Positions 29,660 to 39,643 of a stretch of DNA of 64,000 nucleotides are shown here, in pieces (within the stretch, counting starts at the first letter, position 1; each line of letters opens with the position of its first letter). The notes beneath the pieces are model-generated. The model saw only the letters and a list, made by a program, of their open reading frames with translations. It had not been told where the DNA came from and did no database searches. Source of the DNA: a virus; the IMG/VR virus record IMGVR_UViG_3300034283_002790, positions 64,001-128,000 of that record. One strand, 5' to 3'. A program made the translations under genes and the position numbers.

Positions 29660-30655
29660 TTATCCTCGGACAACAACTGAATCACATAGTTCTTTTATCA
29701 TTTCATCAGTGACTGGTCTTTGAGTATAACCAATTTTGTTAAGAAGATGATCTGTTTCACAACCAAATTTACCATCAATCAAAATATCTCCAAAATCTGG
29801 TACTTTACTAAGACATCTTTGTATTTCTTTTATTTTTTCACACTTTTCACATCTTTCATAGACAGTTTTTCCCTCACAAGATTTAAAATTTGTACATTGT
29901 TTAGAACCATCTATACACCTTTTAGGTTCTGGTTTTGGTTCTGGTTTAGGGTCTCTACCAAAACAACATTTTTCACATTTACTTTTATTTTCGAATCCAC
30001 CAGGTCCAGTTCTAAACTCACATCCGTCTTCATCTACAAACCATCCTTGTACTTGTTGACAAGGTGATCCTGGAAAACAAGGTTTTGCATTACATTGATC
30101 ACTACATCCTTTGGTTCGTTTTTTATCATTACAATATCCTTTTTCACCTGGTTTGGGGTATGCAACAGCATATTGTCTTTCCGTGTAACTTTTCATTTTA
30201 TCACCACAACAAAACATACTTCTTAAACCTACAGGTAAACCAGGTGCACCTGATCCTGACTTACCTTTGCCAATATTAATAAGTCCACTTGTTCCTTGAG
30301 CAATCACATTCCATTCAAATTCATTTAAAATTGGAGAAATTTTAGGACAAGGAAGATCTGCGTATAAATTAACCCCCTTATACTTACCGATGTAAAATCT
30401 CATTTTTTGATCTTTAGTGGCATATATCCTTTTTCCGACCTTAATTGTGAAACTTTTCCCATTTAAAAAACTATATTTTTTATCAAGAATTGATAGTATA
30501 ATAAATTTGAATTCTGTTGTTGTTGTGAATGAACCATTTGCATCTAATTGACCATCATACCTAGATTCTTTTATTAAAGGTTTGAAATCATAGTTTTTGT
30601 GGAGATTTAATATTCTTTTTTTTTCTTGTTCAGAAATTAATTGTCCCTTACTCAT
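29660..30655 (-). CDS. leader-class C Cys-rich protein with C-terminal PG-binding-like domain
   Basis: ISEQEKKRILNLH; IKEIQRCL...IDGKFGCET. Confidence 0.6.
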   Translation of the reverse strand: MSKGQLISEQEKKRILNLHKNYDFKPLIKESRYDGQLDANGSFTTTTEFKFIILSILDKKYSFLNGKSFTIKVGKRIYATKDQKMRFYIGKYKGVNLYADLPCPKISPILNEFEWNVIAQGTSGLINIGKGKSGSGAPGLPVGLRSMFCCGDKMKSYTERQYAVAYPKPGEKGYCNDKKRTKGCSDQCNAKPCFPGSPCQQVQGWFVDEDGCEFRTGPGGFENKSKCEKCCFGRDPKPEPKPEPKRCIDGSKQCTNFKSCEGKTVYERCEKCEKIKEIQRCLSKVPDFGDILIDGKFGCETDHLLNKIGYTQRPVTDEMIKELCDSVVVRG

Positions 30656-30697
30656 ATATTTTATTTTATAAATATTTTAATGTATCAAAAAAATCAA

Positions 30698-31750
30698 TTA
30701 AGAAGTTTTTTTAACTCCCAAAGAATCCGGAGAATAACATTTCTCTGGATTATCAATGACTTGCTCAATCGATTGAACATAGTAATTAACTTTTTCGGGT
30801 GAAATATAAAAAATCCATGAATTCCTTAAAATTTCTCTAAATGTTTCATTGTCATAGATTTTATAAGGTACATTGATACACCCAAGACTTAAATTAAGAT
30901 AATCTGATGGTTCGTCCACTGTTTTAGATGTTCTTTTAAATGCGTTTGCAAATGCTTGAACTCTTTCTGGTTTGTTTAACATTCTATGAATTGCATTCGA
31001 CAAGAGTGTTCCATTTAAAGTCTTTAAAAAAGCAATGTCAAACTTATTTTTACCTTCAGGATATTTATCTCCACCATATAACTTAATTTTTCCTGGTTCT
31101 GTAGAAAATATTTGTGGGTAAACTGTTGTACTTCCCAAAACTGAAAAAAGATCATTAACTGTTACCGGATAATTTTTTTTATCTTCGTCTGTAATTGATT
31201 TCCAATCTTCATCGGTAACATCTTCAAATTTTTTACTTAGTTTTTTCATGGCCGTTACCCATTTGTATTGGTCAAATTGCGAAAGATTTACAAAATCTTT
31301 TATTCTTCCTGTTGGGACCAAGTCTGATTCTTTTCCGGTAATAATTGGTATAGGATTTTTTTGATTGGGATCTAAGTAAGGGGTAACATCATTAAGATTT
31401 TGGTCAAAAGAATATATTGTGTGATAATTTGGATCCACTACTGTCATATATTTTTTATCTTTGAACCCGGGTCTAATATATATTAATCCTGCTTCACATG
31501 CGGTTCTATCTGGGATACCTTTATCAACTAATGTTTTAGCAACCTCTTCTATCTTAGTATTGATTATCTTGAATGTTTCTTCTTCTGTTGATGCTGAATA
31601 AGCGTTCAAAATATCTTGATAATCAACTACTAGTGTTTTTGATTCAGTATTGAATTCAGTACAAAGTTTAGTTGTATCTTCCTCATCAAGACGATATAAC
31701 CCCCTGATTGATGATTTTTCTTCTTCACTTATAATAAATCTTTTTCCCAT
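30698..31750 (-). CDS. leader-class C protein with L,D-transpeptidase (YkuD)-like domain
   Basis: PIITGKE, NAIHR and LSLGCINV (catalytic His/Cys pattern). Confidence 0.6.
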   Translation of the reverse strand: MGKRFIISEEEKSSIRGLYRLDEEDTTKLCTEFNTESKTLVVDYQDILNAYSASTEEETFKIINTKIEEVAKTLVDKGIPDRTACEAGLIYIRPGFKDKKYMTVVDPNYHTIYSFDQNLNDVTPYLDPNQKNPIPIITGKESDLVPTGRIKDFVNLSQFDQYKWVTAMKKLSKKFEDVTDEDWKSITDEDKKNYPVTVNDLFSVLGSTTVYPQIFSTEPGKIKLYGGDKYPEGKNKFDIAFLKTLNGTLLSNAIHRMLNKPERVQAFANAFKRTSKTVDEPSDYLNLSLGCINVPYKIYDNETFREILRNSWIFYISPEKVNYYVQSIEQVIDNPEKCYSPDSLGVKKTS

Positions 31751-31822
31751 TTATAATAAATATGATTAAATAAAAAAAACCCTAACCAAAAGGATAGGGT
31801 TTGATTAAAATAGGTCCAAAAA

Positions 31823-32170
31823 TTATTTGTTTCTCAAATAATATGCAACCCACGAAAAAACACCAATCATAATTGGCATCAATATACCTGATCCACCCAT
31901 GTAAGATAGGTGAATAACAGCGGCTGCTGACATGATGGACGTGATTAAAATCGAACCGTACAATGTAGTTCGAGAATAAATCAACAATCCAACACTCAGT
32001 AATTCTGCAATACCAACAAGAGCCAAATAAGGAAGTAAATTAATGGATGTAAAATTACGAACCATTTCTTCGCTTCCGATTACTTTGTTGAAACCAGAAA
32101 AAATTAGCATAAACGAAACAAGTGCGGTTACCAACCACCCTGTGTTTCTAAGTGTTAAATAATTACTCAT
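31823..32170 (-). CDS. DoxX-family membrane protein
   Basis: F.SG..K......F......G..E...GL.....G......M..A...H pattern. Confidence 0.75.
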   Translation of the reverse strand: MSNYLTLRNTGWLVTALVSFMLIFSGFNKVIGSEEMVRNFTSINLLPYLALVGIAELLSVGLLIYSRTTLYGSILITSIMSAAAVIHLSYMGGSGILMPIMIGVFSWVAYYLRNK

Positions 32171-32236
32171 ACATCAAATATAGGAAATTCAAATTAATAA
32201 GTCAAATATCGATCAATAAGAATAAATTTTAATTTT

Positions 32237-33805
32237 TTAAAATTGAACTGGTTTTCCTGGATTACCAGTTAAACCTTGATCATCAATAAATTTGTCTTTG
32301 AGATATTGTCTGAAATCTGGAATACCATAATTTTCAAAACCCCCTCTTGATATGTATTTAAACTCTCCAGTGTCTAATGCTTGTTTTATTAATGAATTAT
32401 AATCATTTGAGTTTTTTGCATTGGTAATTTTAGACCAGTCAATAAGACTATCATCACCAAGAACATTCGATATGAAATTCGTATTTTTTTGTGGTGGTGT
32501 TTGAATTGAAACCGGTGGTAAATCAAAAATGTCAGGTACATCATTTGGTTTATAGGGACCTCCTTCGTTTTTAGAATACATGTTTGAGTAATCGGACGGA
32601 AGTGGTTTTTTTGTTATTGGATCTATTCCTGGTGATACAGTTGAGATCCCAGTTTTATAATCAATGGGTCCCAATAATTCATATCTATAATGAATTGCGG
32701 GGGTCAAGGCTTTATCCCCTGAAATGGTACCACCCTTTTTATATCCAGATATGGCAGTTTGTATATCTTCGAACATTTTTTTTTGTAAATTACTATTTAT
32801 AACATCTACTGGAATATAAATTGTTACCCCCTGTTTTCCATATTGATATCCACCTGGTTTAAATGCGTCTAATGAGAGATGTCCAGTTCCCCCAACCTTA
32901 CCATGTGCTCCATATTTTTCAATTACAGGTGTAAGTGCATCAGTCAAATAAACCAAATCTTTTATGTCTTCACCAAAGACATGAAATTTCCATCCACTAG
33001 AAACCCCAGATCCAGTACGGATCGTTTTCCAACCAAAAGAGTTGTGAATTTTTTCTAATTCTTCTTTTGTGTATTTGTTTAAATATGATTGTGGATCTGT
33101 TGAATCTATATTTGGTAGGTTTTGAGAAATAGGTGAAGATTGTCCTTGAAGTTTTAAAGTGTTTAACTGGAGTTGGGTGTTGTAACAACTTTCTTTAATG
33201 AAATCTTTAAGGTCCGGGGATATAAAACTTTCTTCAACTTTTTTCAAAATAATTGGTAGTTGTATTTCCAAAATGTCAACTGCTCCTTGTGTCATTCGAC
33301 CCTGACTCAAATCAAAATAAGCACTATTAAAAAATTTTTTTACACTATCATGTAATTGCTTATCTATCTTTTCAAGACCTACAATTTTTCTTTCTAATAT
33401 TTTAAAATTTTTATTACCAACTATATCCGCAACATCTTGTAATATCGAATCTGCCTGACTTTTTCCGACAATCGATAATAAATTACTTGCAATTTCACTT
33501 TTGGTACTTCCACCAGTTATTGTTTTAAGATCGTCAAAGGTAAGATTATCACCGACATTTTTTCCAAGTTTTTGAGTTATAAGTTTTGAATTTTTTGCGG
33601 TGTTTAAAATTGAAGTTTCAATCTGACTTGCAATTTCTGACCCTAAAGTTTTAACCATACCTGGAGTTGCACCATCCAAAATTGATAATGCGGTAGGTCC
33701 GGGACCTGGTGTCAACGATTCTTTTATAACTCCAAATCCCATTCCCATAACATTAAAAATCTGGGATATTTTTTCTAATTCTTCGTTAAGTGTTCTTTTT
33801 TTCAC
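32237..33805 (-). CDS. paralog family 1 protein with OspF/LanKC-N-like phosphothreonine lyase domain
   Basis: Shared N-terminal domain; internal GWKFHV...HGKVG...GKQGVTIYIP. Confidence 0.6.
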   Translation of the reverse strand: MKKRTLNEELEKISQIFNVMGMGFGVIKESLTPGPGPTALSILDGATPGMVKTLGSEIASQIETSILNTAKNSKLITQKLGKNVGDNLTFDDLKTITGGSTKSEIASNLLSIVGKSQADSILQDVADIVGNKNFKILERKIVGLEKIDKQLHDSVKKFFNSAYFDLSQGRMTQGAVDILEIQLPIILKKVEESFISPDLKDFIKESCYNTQLQLNTLKLQGQSSPISQNLPNIDSTDPQSYLNKYTKEELEKIHNSFGWKTIRTGSGVSSGWKFHVFGEDIKDLVYLTDALTPVIEKYGAHGKVGGTGHLSLDAFKPGGYQYGKQGVTIYIPVDVINSNLQKKMFEDIQTAISGYKKGGTISGDKALTPAIHYRYELLGPIDYKTGISTVSPGIDPITKKPLPSDYSNMYSKNEGGPYKPNDVPDIFDLPPVSIQTPPQKNTNFISNVLGDDSLIDWSKITNAKNSNDYNSLIKQALDTGEFKYISRGGFENYGIPDFRQYLKDKFIDDQGLTGNPGKPVQF

Positions 33806-35256
33806 AAAAGTTTTTTTATTTTATTTATTTCCCTGTTCAATGATTCATTCATACCAGGAAGTGTATTGATATTATAAAATCCTTTATTTTTCAAATCTTC
33901 CATATCTTTCTTTTGTTTGTCCATCCATGTTTTATAATTATAATCACCCTCTTTGGGCATATCGTACCACTTATCCCATTTGTCTAGTTGTTTTTGTATT
34001 TCTTGAGAATTTTGAAGTTGATTATAATTTAACTGATTTTTTGTGTTTGTTGTCGGTGGCTCTATAGAAAAATCCCAACTAAAGGGACTTGACCATCGTG
34101 GGTCAAAATTTGCCAAATCACTTGGAGGAAGTGACGTATTAATCCTTAAAGTATTATCTTTATATTTTTTAATAATGAAATCTCGAAAATTATCAGTACC
34201 AAACTTTTCGAATCCTGTTATTGGAAAAAGTTCGGCAGCATCTCTGATTGTCGCCTCCTTTTCAATCGGGGACATATCTAAACCTATGCTTTTTAAAAGT
34301 TGAAGTCCGGCACCAATCGATCTGATTATTGTTGTTTCCAACCAATTTTTCAACCCCCACTTTTCAATTGATTCCGCATCTTGAATAATAAGTCTTTGTA
34401 TCCATTCCATAGGGAATGCATCTTCCTTAAATTTAATGTTATTGAAATCAATTAATTCTGGATCGAAACTATTATTCGAAAATGTCGTAGAATAAGTTTT
34501 TAGATTTACTGGGGTATAACTTGGTTTTTCGTGAAAAGTCATGTTGGGCCAGTCGTCAATACTAGGCTCAACATTTTTTACTTGAGGTGTTGAAGAAGGT
34601 GAAAGTTCTTTTGAAAATTTATGAGTATTAATTTGTGTTTGAAAACTATCTAAGACTCTCTCTAAATCTACTTTTAGAGTTTGATCCATTTCGATGGTTT
34701 TTAACTGTTCTTTTAATTTTGGAATTGTAGCCTCCATTACCTCACAAGCAGTTTCAAAAGTCGCCTCATCATCTATACTTTTACTAAATTGTGTCTGTAA
34801 GTCTTGTAAACTTGTTTTCAATGCTTGTTGATTAGTTTTATCAAGTTGTTTAACATAACTTCCTAAAGCAGTTAAATTTTTTGGATTAATTTTATTTAAC
34901 AAAAGATCATCCAAAACTTTTGAACCTTCCGATCCTAGTTCTTTTAAAACCATTTCTGCGGCTGAAGATTTTGTTGTTTGACCATAAAGTGTTTTGATAT
35001 CATCAAAACTTACATTGTCACCAATTTTTTTTCCCATTTTATTCAAAATTAATTCTGAATTTTTTACGGAGGTTAAAATTGAATTTTCAATCTGAGTTGC
35101 AAGTTCTGTACCCAAAGTTTTTACAAGTCCTGTACTTGATGCATCTAACGCACCCAAAATTAATTTATCGCCTGGTCCCACACTTTCATTCAACAAATTT
35201 AATCCAAAACAATTTTTAATTTTTTGAATTTCTTTAATTAGTTTTTTATTATTCAT
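33802..35256 (-). CDS. paralog family 1 protein
   Basis: Start reassigned to MNNKKLIKE (TATTTAT upstream); shared N-terminal domain. Confidence 0.65.
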   Translation of the reverse strand: MNNKKLIKEIQKIKNCFGLNLLNESVGPGDKLILGALDASSTGLVKTLGTELATQIENSILTSVKNSELILNKMGKKIGDNVSFDDIKTLYGQTTKSSAAEMVLKELGSEGSKVLDDLLLNKINPKNLTALGSYVKQLDKTNQQALKTSLQDLQTQFSKSIDDEATFETACEVMEATIPKLKEQLKTIEMDQTLKVDLERVLDSFQTQINTHKFSKELSPSSTPQVKNVEPSIDDWPNMTFHEKPSYTPVNLKTYSTTFSNNSFDPELIDFNNIKFKEDAFPMEWIQRLIIQDAESIEKWGLKNWLETTIIRSIGAGLQLLKSIGLDMSPIEKEATIRDAAELFPITGFEKFGTDNFRDFIIKKYKDNTLRINTSLPPSDLANFDPRWSSPFSWDFSIEPPTTNTKNQLNYNQLQNSQEIQKQLDKWDKWYDMPKEGDYNYKTWMDKQKKDMEDLKNKGFYNINTLPGMNESLNREINKIKKLL

Positions 35257-35320
35257 GATAATAAATATTCTGAAATTATTGTTTTTTTTCAATTCATATA
35301 TTTATATTAAAAAACTTAAT

Positions 35321-35662
35321 ATGAAAAAAATTGTAAGATTAACAGAAGCAGATCTAGTTCGTATTGTTAAACGAGTAATTAAAGAAAATCAAAACGATAT
35401 TCCAACAGAAATTATTGGTTGTGCAACTGAAGTATTATCATTAAATAATCTTGATCCAATTCCTACTTGTAAGGAATTAGGTATGGGGGTTATTACTTCT
35501 AAAAAAATCCCAACTGATTTAGTGAAATTAATGGCTTGTGGTACGGAATTATCTAAATTAAATAAAACACCACAAGATGGAATTAAATTCATGAATTGTG
35601 TTTTGCAAAAAATTAGTACATCACCTCCGGTTATGAATGAAAGACGATCTAGAAGATGGTAA
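35321..35662 (+). CDS. leader-class A hypothetical
   Basis: MKKIVRLTEADLVRIVKRVIKE; TATTTAT at 35299-35305. Confidence 0.65.
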   Translation: MKKIVRLTEADLVRIVKRVIKENQNDIPTEIIGCATEVLSLNNLDPIPTCKELGMGVITSKKIPTDLVKLMACGTELSKLNKTPQDGIKFMNCVLQKISTSPPVMNERRSRRW

Positions 35663-35956
35663 TTATTGGAAAGACACAGGTAGGTTCTTGATGTCGTTCA
35701 ATGAAATATTTTTTAATTGAAGTGTTCCATGAGATAATTGTGAGAACATCCCAATCTGTTGAAGATACTGAAAGTAATAAAAAAGAAAATCAGGTAAAAC
35801 TCTGTCTAAATATTCTTCACGAACTTTTACCCCAATGTTTTCTTCATTGAAAGATCTAGTTGGGGTTCCCACTGTTTTCTCCGAACCTTTTCTAATTAAC
35901 CAAAAGTCGGCATTTTCAAAATTGAGTTTAAATTCACAAATTGTTCCTAGTGTCAT
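35663..35956 (-). CDS. small protein resembling a type I R-M specificity (HsdS) TRD fragment
   Basis: M.LG.ICE start and PDFLFYYF..........G....NIS..DIKNLP. Confidence 0.45.
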   Translation of the reverse strand: MTLGTICEFKLNFENADFWLIRKGSEKTVGTPTRSFNEENIGVKVREEYLDRVLPDFLFYYFQYLQQIGMFSQLSHGTLQLKNISLNDIKNLPVSFQ

Positions 35957-36636
35957 ATTTTTATATTTAATTCTAATTTATTCCAATCAACCCCAAAGGT
36001 TGTTAACTCCGAATAATATTCATCTTCTTTAAACTCAATCCAACCCGTTCCTCCAGGATCATCTGCCCATCTTGAACCAAACTCATAAAAAACAAATTTT
36101 GTTACAAGGTCTTCGATGTCATCTGTAAGTTTATTCCACCATCTTTGATTTCTCAAACTTGGGTCAGGAACTTCTAAATAATAACGGTCACAATAAATAT
36201 AACCCCCCTCACCATCAAAAAACACCACAAAGTTATCAATATATTCTTGATTTAAAAATTTTTTAACAATTTTATGATCATCACCTTTAATATTTGATTT
36301 ACCAACGTCATATTTTTCATACTCCGATTCATAAAGAACTTTTTCAAGTATGATTTGATTTAAAAATCTTAACGGTGATTCTGATTTATTAATTTTTAAT
36401 ATTATGTCAGTTCTATCATTTGATTTATTCTCTAGTTTTTTGAGTATATCTGGTAAATAGTCTATGACTATTTCATTTAAAAAATTTCTAACTATGTCTA
36501 TAACTGGAAAAGTTTTTTTTCTATTAAGGTCGAATAATTCCACATCTTCCAAATTATAACCAAAATACATCATGTCAACAATAATTACATCTTCACCAAA
36601 AGAAGATAAATAGGAAAAAAGTGCCTTTCTATTCAC
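35953..36636 (-). CDS. hypothetical protein
   Basis: 227-aa ORF in a coupled run. Confidence 0.55.
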   Translation of the reverse strand: MNRKALFSYLSSFGEDVIIVDMMYFGYNLEDVELFDLNRKKTFPVIDIVRNFLNEIVIDYLPDILKKLENKSNDRTDIILKINKSESPLRFLNQIILEKVLYESEYEKYDVGKSNIKGDDHKIVKKFLNQEYIDNFVVFFDGEGGYIYCDRYYLEVPDPSLRNQRWWNKLTDDIEDLVTKFVFYEFGSRWADDPGGTGWIEFKEDEYYSELTTFGVDWNKLELNIKI

Positions 36637-36642
36637 AACTTA

Positions 36643-37755
36643 TTATATTAATCGCCGAAGTTTATTTTGAATTAAAATATATCTTTCGAATAGTTCAGGT
36701 TCAAACAAACTTAAATTTAATTCCTCTATATTATTTGCACTTCGCACTTCTGTACTTCCTTGGCTGTATGGAGAATCAGACCCTTGAGGATTTGGTTTAT
36801 AAACATCAAACACAAGATATGGCCTTTCAAAATTTAACTTTTTAAAACGAACCTCTATTTTTTTGTTCGGGATAGAAATCCAATACCCAAAACCACCCAT
36901 TTCATTTACTTTATTGTAAAGTTCCAAATAATTTTCAAAATCTAAATTTTCATCTAATTTAGATTCTGCGTCCTCTAAGATTTTTTCTAAAGACCATTTA
37001 AATGTACTATTAATAGAAGATATATCTAAATCTTCTATTTGACAATTTACGTTATACTTAAGTTCATCCCAAAACCCAATATCTTTATCAGAATCTAGTT
37101 TTTCGACCCAATATGTCAAAACTTGATCAACATCTTCATTTTCTTTTTGACTCATTCGGTACCATAATAATAAGTTTGCTACTGTTGTACTATATAAATA
37201 ACCATAGTGTTCCTCTTCGATTCCAATCTTTTTGTAAGGATCTTTACACTCGCTAATCATTATATCTTTTACACGTTGTGTAATGCAATCATCCATTTCC
37301 GATCCAAAACTTAAATACATATCTTCAACTTTATCACCATATGTATTGTATAAAAACTCAGAAACTTCAGCATGATCACTAAGACGTAAAGTTGGGTTTG
37401 TTATTTTCAATATCTCAGATAACAAATTAAGATTTTCCGGATCAAAATAGTTTATAATATACCCATCTAACCATTCCTCTTTCCAGGTATATTCATCTGT
37501 TTGGTAATAGTTATAATATGGTGAAAATGCATCTTCATATTCTCGAATATCAGAATCATCCAAACCTAAGGTTTTCAAAAATTTTTCAGTTGAGTCAAAT
37601 CTAATATAAACCTTTGAAAATTTTGGATTTGTTTTATTAAACTCTAGTCTATAAATATAATCTGAGGGATAATTGTAATATGGATCATACCCATTACTCA
37701 CATTTAATAAAAAATTATAGGTATCTCCGTAGTTATTGTTCTCTTCTTCTACCAT
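36643..37755 (-). CDS. acidic hypothetical protein
   Basis: 370-aa ORF. Confidence 0.6.
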   Translation of the reverse strand: MVEEENNNYGDTYNFLLNVSNGYDPYYNYPSDYIYRLEFNKTNPKFSKVYIRFDSTEKFLKTLGLDDSDIREYEDAFSPYYNYYQTDEYTWKEEWLDGYIINYFDPENLNLLSEILKITNPTLRLSDHAEVSEFLYNTYGDKVEDMYLSFGSEMDDCITQRVKDIMISECKDPYKKIGIEEEHYGYLYSTTVANLLLWYRMSQKENEDVDQVLTYWVEKLDSDKDIGFWDELKYNVNCQIEDLDISSINSTFKWSLEKILEDAESKLDENLDFENYLELYNKVNEMGGFGYWISIPNKKIEVRFKKLNFERPYLVFDVYKPNPQGSDSPYSQGSTEVRSANNIEELNLSLFEPELFERYILIQNKLRRLI

Positions 37756-38234
37756 TGTATATTAATAAAATCTACTTTTATATTAAATTCATTACAAATT
37801 TTGAATAAAAAACTAGAAATTTCATATTCAACATATTCTTTAAATTCAAAATATGAACTAAAATCATCCAATGGTATATCTCCAGATGCAAAATGGAGTT
37901 CATATCTATCATTATCAGCAAAATATCTTCCTTCAAGTACGACGCAATCCATCATGAACCCAATACTATTATCAATGGTTACTTTATTTGAAGATAGTAC
38001 TTTGAATCTCATTTCGAGTTCATTAGAATCGTTTAAACTAAAAACTTTATCTGTTATAAAATTATTAAAATCCTCAAAATCGTCACCAGAAGACTCCCCT
38101 TTTGTTAAATTGTGTAATTTCTTAAATCCCCCAACAGCATTTGACGCATGAACAACACCATATCTTTGTATTAATTTTTCAATCTCTTGTTTAATACTTT
38201 CATTTTCTAATAATAGTCTAATTTTAGAAATCAT
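37749..38234 (-). CDS. hypothetical protein
   Basis: MISKIRLLLE leader-like; TATTTAT upstream. Confidence 0.55.
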   Translation of the reverse strand: MISKIRLLLENESIKQEIEKLIQRYGVVHASNAVGGFKKLHNLTKGESSGDDFEDFNNFITDKVFSLNDSNELEMRFKVLSSNKVTIDNSIGFMMDCVVLEGRYFADNDRYELHFASGDIPLDDFSSYFEFKEYVEYEISSFLFKICNEFNIKVDFINIQW

Positions 38235-38307
38235 ATTTTATAAATATCATAAAAATAAAAAACCCCATCGAAAAAGATGAGGTTTAGTTCGTTGTATGTT
38301 TAATTTA

Positions 38308-38784
38308 TCAAACAGTTGGTCTTTTGGAACCTGTGATAGTACCTGATAAAACAACTTTATCGATTCTTGAATCTGTATATGAAATGGCATCCGATATTCT
38401 CCCTTCTAAAGTACGAATAATTTCATCTTCATGCATTTGGTGTTTTTTATCAATTTCATGAATTGTTTTTTCTATCTCATCTTCATGCCTATGAATCATA
38501 ACTACTTCATCATGAATATGTCGATTAGTTAAATCGATTTCTTTATCAATTCGTTGCATAATAGTTCTTTCCACCAACGTAATTTCTCTGTTAGTCTCGT
38601 CCATAATTCTTCGAACATCTCTTTCTCTTGAATCCATTTCTAATCTTATGTTAGAAATATAATCCTCAAGTGACTTTTGTTGTTTTACCAACCTACTAAT
38701 CTTGACTAAACCTATAACAACTAGAGCGGTCAATGTTACCCCATAAGTCATAAGCATACCCAAAACAAATGATTGTGTTTCCAT
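38308..38784 (-). CDS. N-terminal TM plus coiled-coil protein
   Basis: Hydrophobic residues 5-27, heptad-rich body. Confidence 0.6.
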   Translation of the reverse strand: METQSFVLGMLMTYGVTLTALVVIGLVKISRLVKQQKSLEDYISNIRLEMDSRERDVRRIMDETNREITLVERTIMQRIDKEIDLTNRHIHDEVVMIHRHEDEIEKTIHEIDKKHQMHEDEIIRTLEGRISDAISYTDSRIDKVVLSGTITGSKRPTV

Positions 38785-38851
38785 AAATTTTTGTTTTTTT
38801 TTAGTTTATTTTAATTGAAAAATAAAATAAATATGAGATTAGTAAATAGAT

Positions 38852-39253
38852 CTAATTAATATCTATTCTTAAGGTTAACTCTAAATTCATTATTCCATCA
38901 TTATCGAAGAACTCTAAAAAATCTAATTTTGTCCCAGCACCACACTCATTTCCAGTGTTTACTTTGAGTGTTCTTGAATCTATTGGAAAAATACTTGCAT
39001 TTCGTAAATCTCCCATAAATTGTCTCACCTCGGATCCAATACGTAAAGGTTCGAACCCGCAGTCATCACAGTCAAGAGAGACCTGTAAAGTAAACCAAAA
39101 CTCGTGTCCATCAAAATTTTCATAACCCATCCCTATATGGTCTTCCAAATTAAATTTTACTTGTTTATTCATATAGTCACTAAGCAAATTTAATTTAGAT
39201 AAAATTACATATTTTATAACTTTTATTTTTTCTTCAAATTCTTGTCTTTCCAT
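38852..39253 (-). CDS. hypothetical protein
   Basis: 133-aa ORF. Confidence 0.55.
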   Translation of the reverse strand: MERQEFEEKIKVIKYVILSKLNLLSDYMNKQVKFNLEDHIGMGYENFDGHEFWFTLQVSLDCDDCGFEPLRIGSEVRQFMGDLRNASIFPIDSRTLKVNTGNECGAGTKLDFLEFFDNDGIMNLELTLRIDIN

Positions 39254-39319
39254 TTTTAACTATAAATATCAACCAAAAAAAAATCCCCAAAAAATCTGGG
39301 GATAACCGATTCAAAAATT

Positions 39320-39589
39320 CTATTGTTCAATGAAAACTTTTTCAATACTAGAATCATCAAAATAAATTATTAAAAATTTATTAAATTCCAAATTACACTC
39401 TTGTCCGGTAAGATCAGTAACTTTAATAATGTTCTTCACTGGAGTAGGGAGTGTGTTTGGTTTTTGAGTACACCCCGGTGACTTTATAATCTTGTCATTG
39501 GGTACTACTTCAAAACTTCTAGAACTGGTCTGAGAAAAGTAAAAAGAAGATATACAAATAAAGGATAAAAATAAAATTGGTTTTTTCAT
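39320..39589 (-). CDS. signal peptide plus T9SS CTD-like tail
   Basis: IIKVTDLTGQE....NKFLIIYFDDSSIEK resembles Bacteroidota secretion C-terminal tails. Confidence 0.5.
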   Translation of the reverse strand: MKKPILFLSFICISSFYFSQTSSRSFEVVPNDKIIKSPGCTQKPNTLPTPVKNIIKVTDLTGQECNLEFNKFLIIYFDDSSIEKVFIEQ

Positions 39590-39643
39590 TATGTAAAAAT
39601 TTTTACAAATATATGAAAAAATAAATAATAAGTAAAATGTTTT

